From Marsupella aquatica (Eukaryota > Plantae > Marchantiophyta): DNA of 64,000 bases. The stretch is from assembly GCA_973895155.1 (NCBI GenBank), contig OZ316895.1:24681538-24745537 (forward strand), read 5' to 3'. Positions 63,201 through 64,000 of this stretch are shown piece by piece; within the stretch, counting starts at the first letter, position 1, and each line of letters begins with the position of its first letter. The position numbers and the translations under genes are program-made. The notes beneath the pieces are model-generated. The model made no database searches. It worked only from the letters and a program-made list of their open reading frames with translations, and was not told the origin of the DNA.

Positions 63201-63434
63201 AGACCATAAAAATGGATACCTCTCCACCATAGCTATTTCAGAGCTATGATTCCTCCTTGATTGATTCTTCTTTTTTGGTCTCGACAAAGTTGCAAACAAT
63301 GTTTGCATCCTTTGTATCCATCACATTTGGGTACAAGCACTCCACCTTTCAGGCCAAAAGATGAGTCCTTACGGAGATTTGGGCTTCGGATAGACATAAA
63401 CTTCATTAGTATTGAGGGTTCGGGCAAGGAGGAA

Positions 63435-63690
63435 TGTGGAAACCCTACTTATTCTCATAAACTAGCGTTAAGCGCGCCCGACTATACATACACATATACC
63501 ACATGTATGCTTTGTGTTCCGCCATCAGAGCGTACCTTTAGTCAATAGCTCGATCAACCCGGCTTAAGGACTTCTAAGCCTTCATGCTGTCCGCCTCCGA
63601 TCCGGATTCATTGATGCGGCTCTCAACTTGGGCTCGCAACCAATGTCCGCTGCTGGCACCCCATGCACAAAAGTAAAGCTACATCATCAA
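63435..63690. mobile_element. LTR fragment related to the 51215-53619 solo LTR
   Basis: Shares cccggctta(a/g)ggacttctaagcc and the preceding ttccgcc...gtacc context with ~51530-51602. Confidence 0.55.
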
Positions 63691-63694
63691 TTAT

Positions 63695-64000
63695 CAGTGT
63701 TTTCCATCAGTCCACCTGATATTAGTCGCCACATCATCTCAAAGAGGCCGCCAAGTTGAGGCGGCCAAAAATTTGGTGTCCGTATCGTACGGATATCACA
63801 TCTCGGCGAGACCCGTCGAGATAGTCTGATGTCCGTATGATACGGACACCAAATTTTGTCAAATTTTTTTGGGGGATTTTTTTGGGGGGGGGGGGATTTT
63901 TCAAAAAAAAATTAATTAATTAATTATTTTATTTTTTTGTTCTTACGCCAATCTCGGCGAGGTCAGCTGAGATTGAGTCAATCTCAGCTGCCCCAACTAA
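63695..64000. mobile_element. Probable left end of a hAT-like element with an internal hairpin, truncated by the window edge
   Basis: Starts CAGTGTTTT, has GC-rich subterminal repeats (atctcggcgag) and a 90-nt foldback at 63768-63857. The other end is not visible. Confidence 0.45.

Overview
Eukaryotic land-plant nuclear DNA: spliced genes, about 44% GC, long intron-containing 5' leaders; a non-seed plant such as a liverwort is my inference. Six apparently intact host genes could be reconstructed exon by exon: PGR5 (-), a GPXL glutathione peroxidase (+), EMC4 (-), NOP56 (+), LCB2/SPT2 (-) and WHIRLY (-). They are separated by decayed transposons (Harbinger, pogo/Tc1-like, hAT-like, Mutator MITE, small solo LTRs). 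The main discovery is a delimited 14.8-kb Mutator-like element (45801-60575, GGG...CCC ends, perfect 9-bp TSD CTCTTGCAC). It carries a GCM-like/MULE-DDE/SWIM transposase and a divergent spliced gene encoding a ParB/Srx-like domain fused to a beta-class amino-methyltransferase-like domain. It also carries a third unknown ORF and about 15-19 dispersed AGCGCC(C/T)GGCGCT palindromes, almost all in its introns and spacers. This copy is pseudogenised by C-to-T-type stops and a 2.4-kb solo LTR. Also notable are a GA-AG intron in LCB2, a GC-AG intron in EMC4, and modular symmetric exons building the NOP56 lysine tail. All domain calls come from motif recognition, not database searches.
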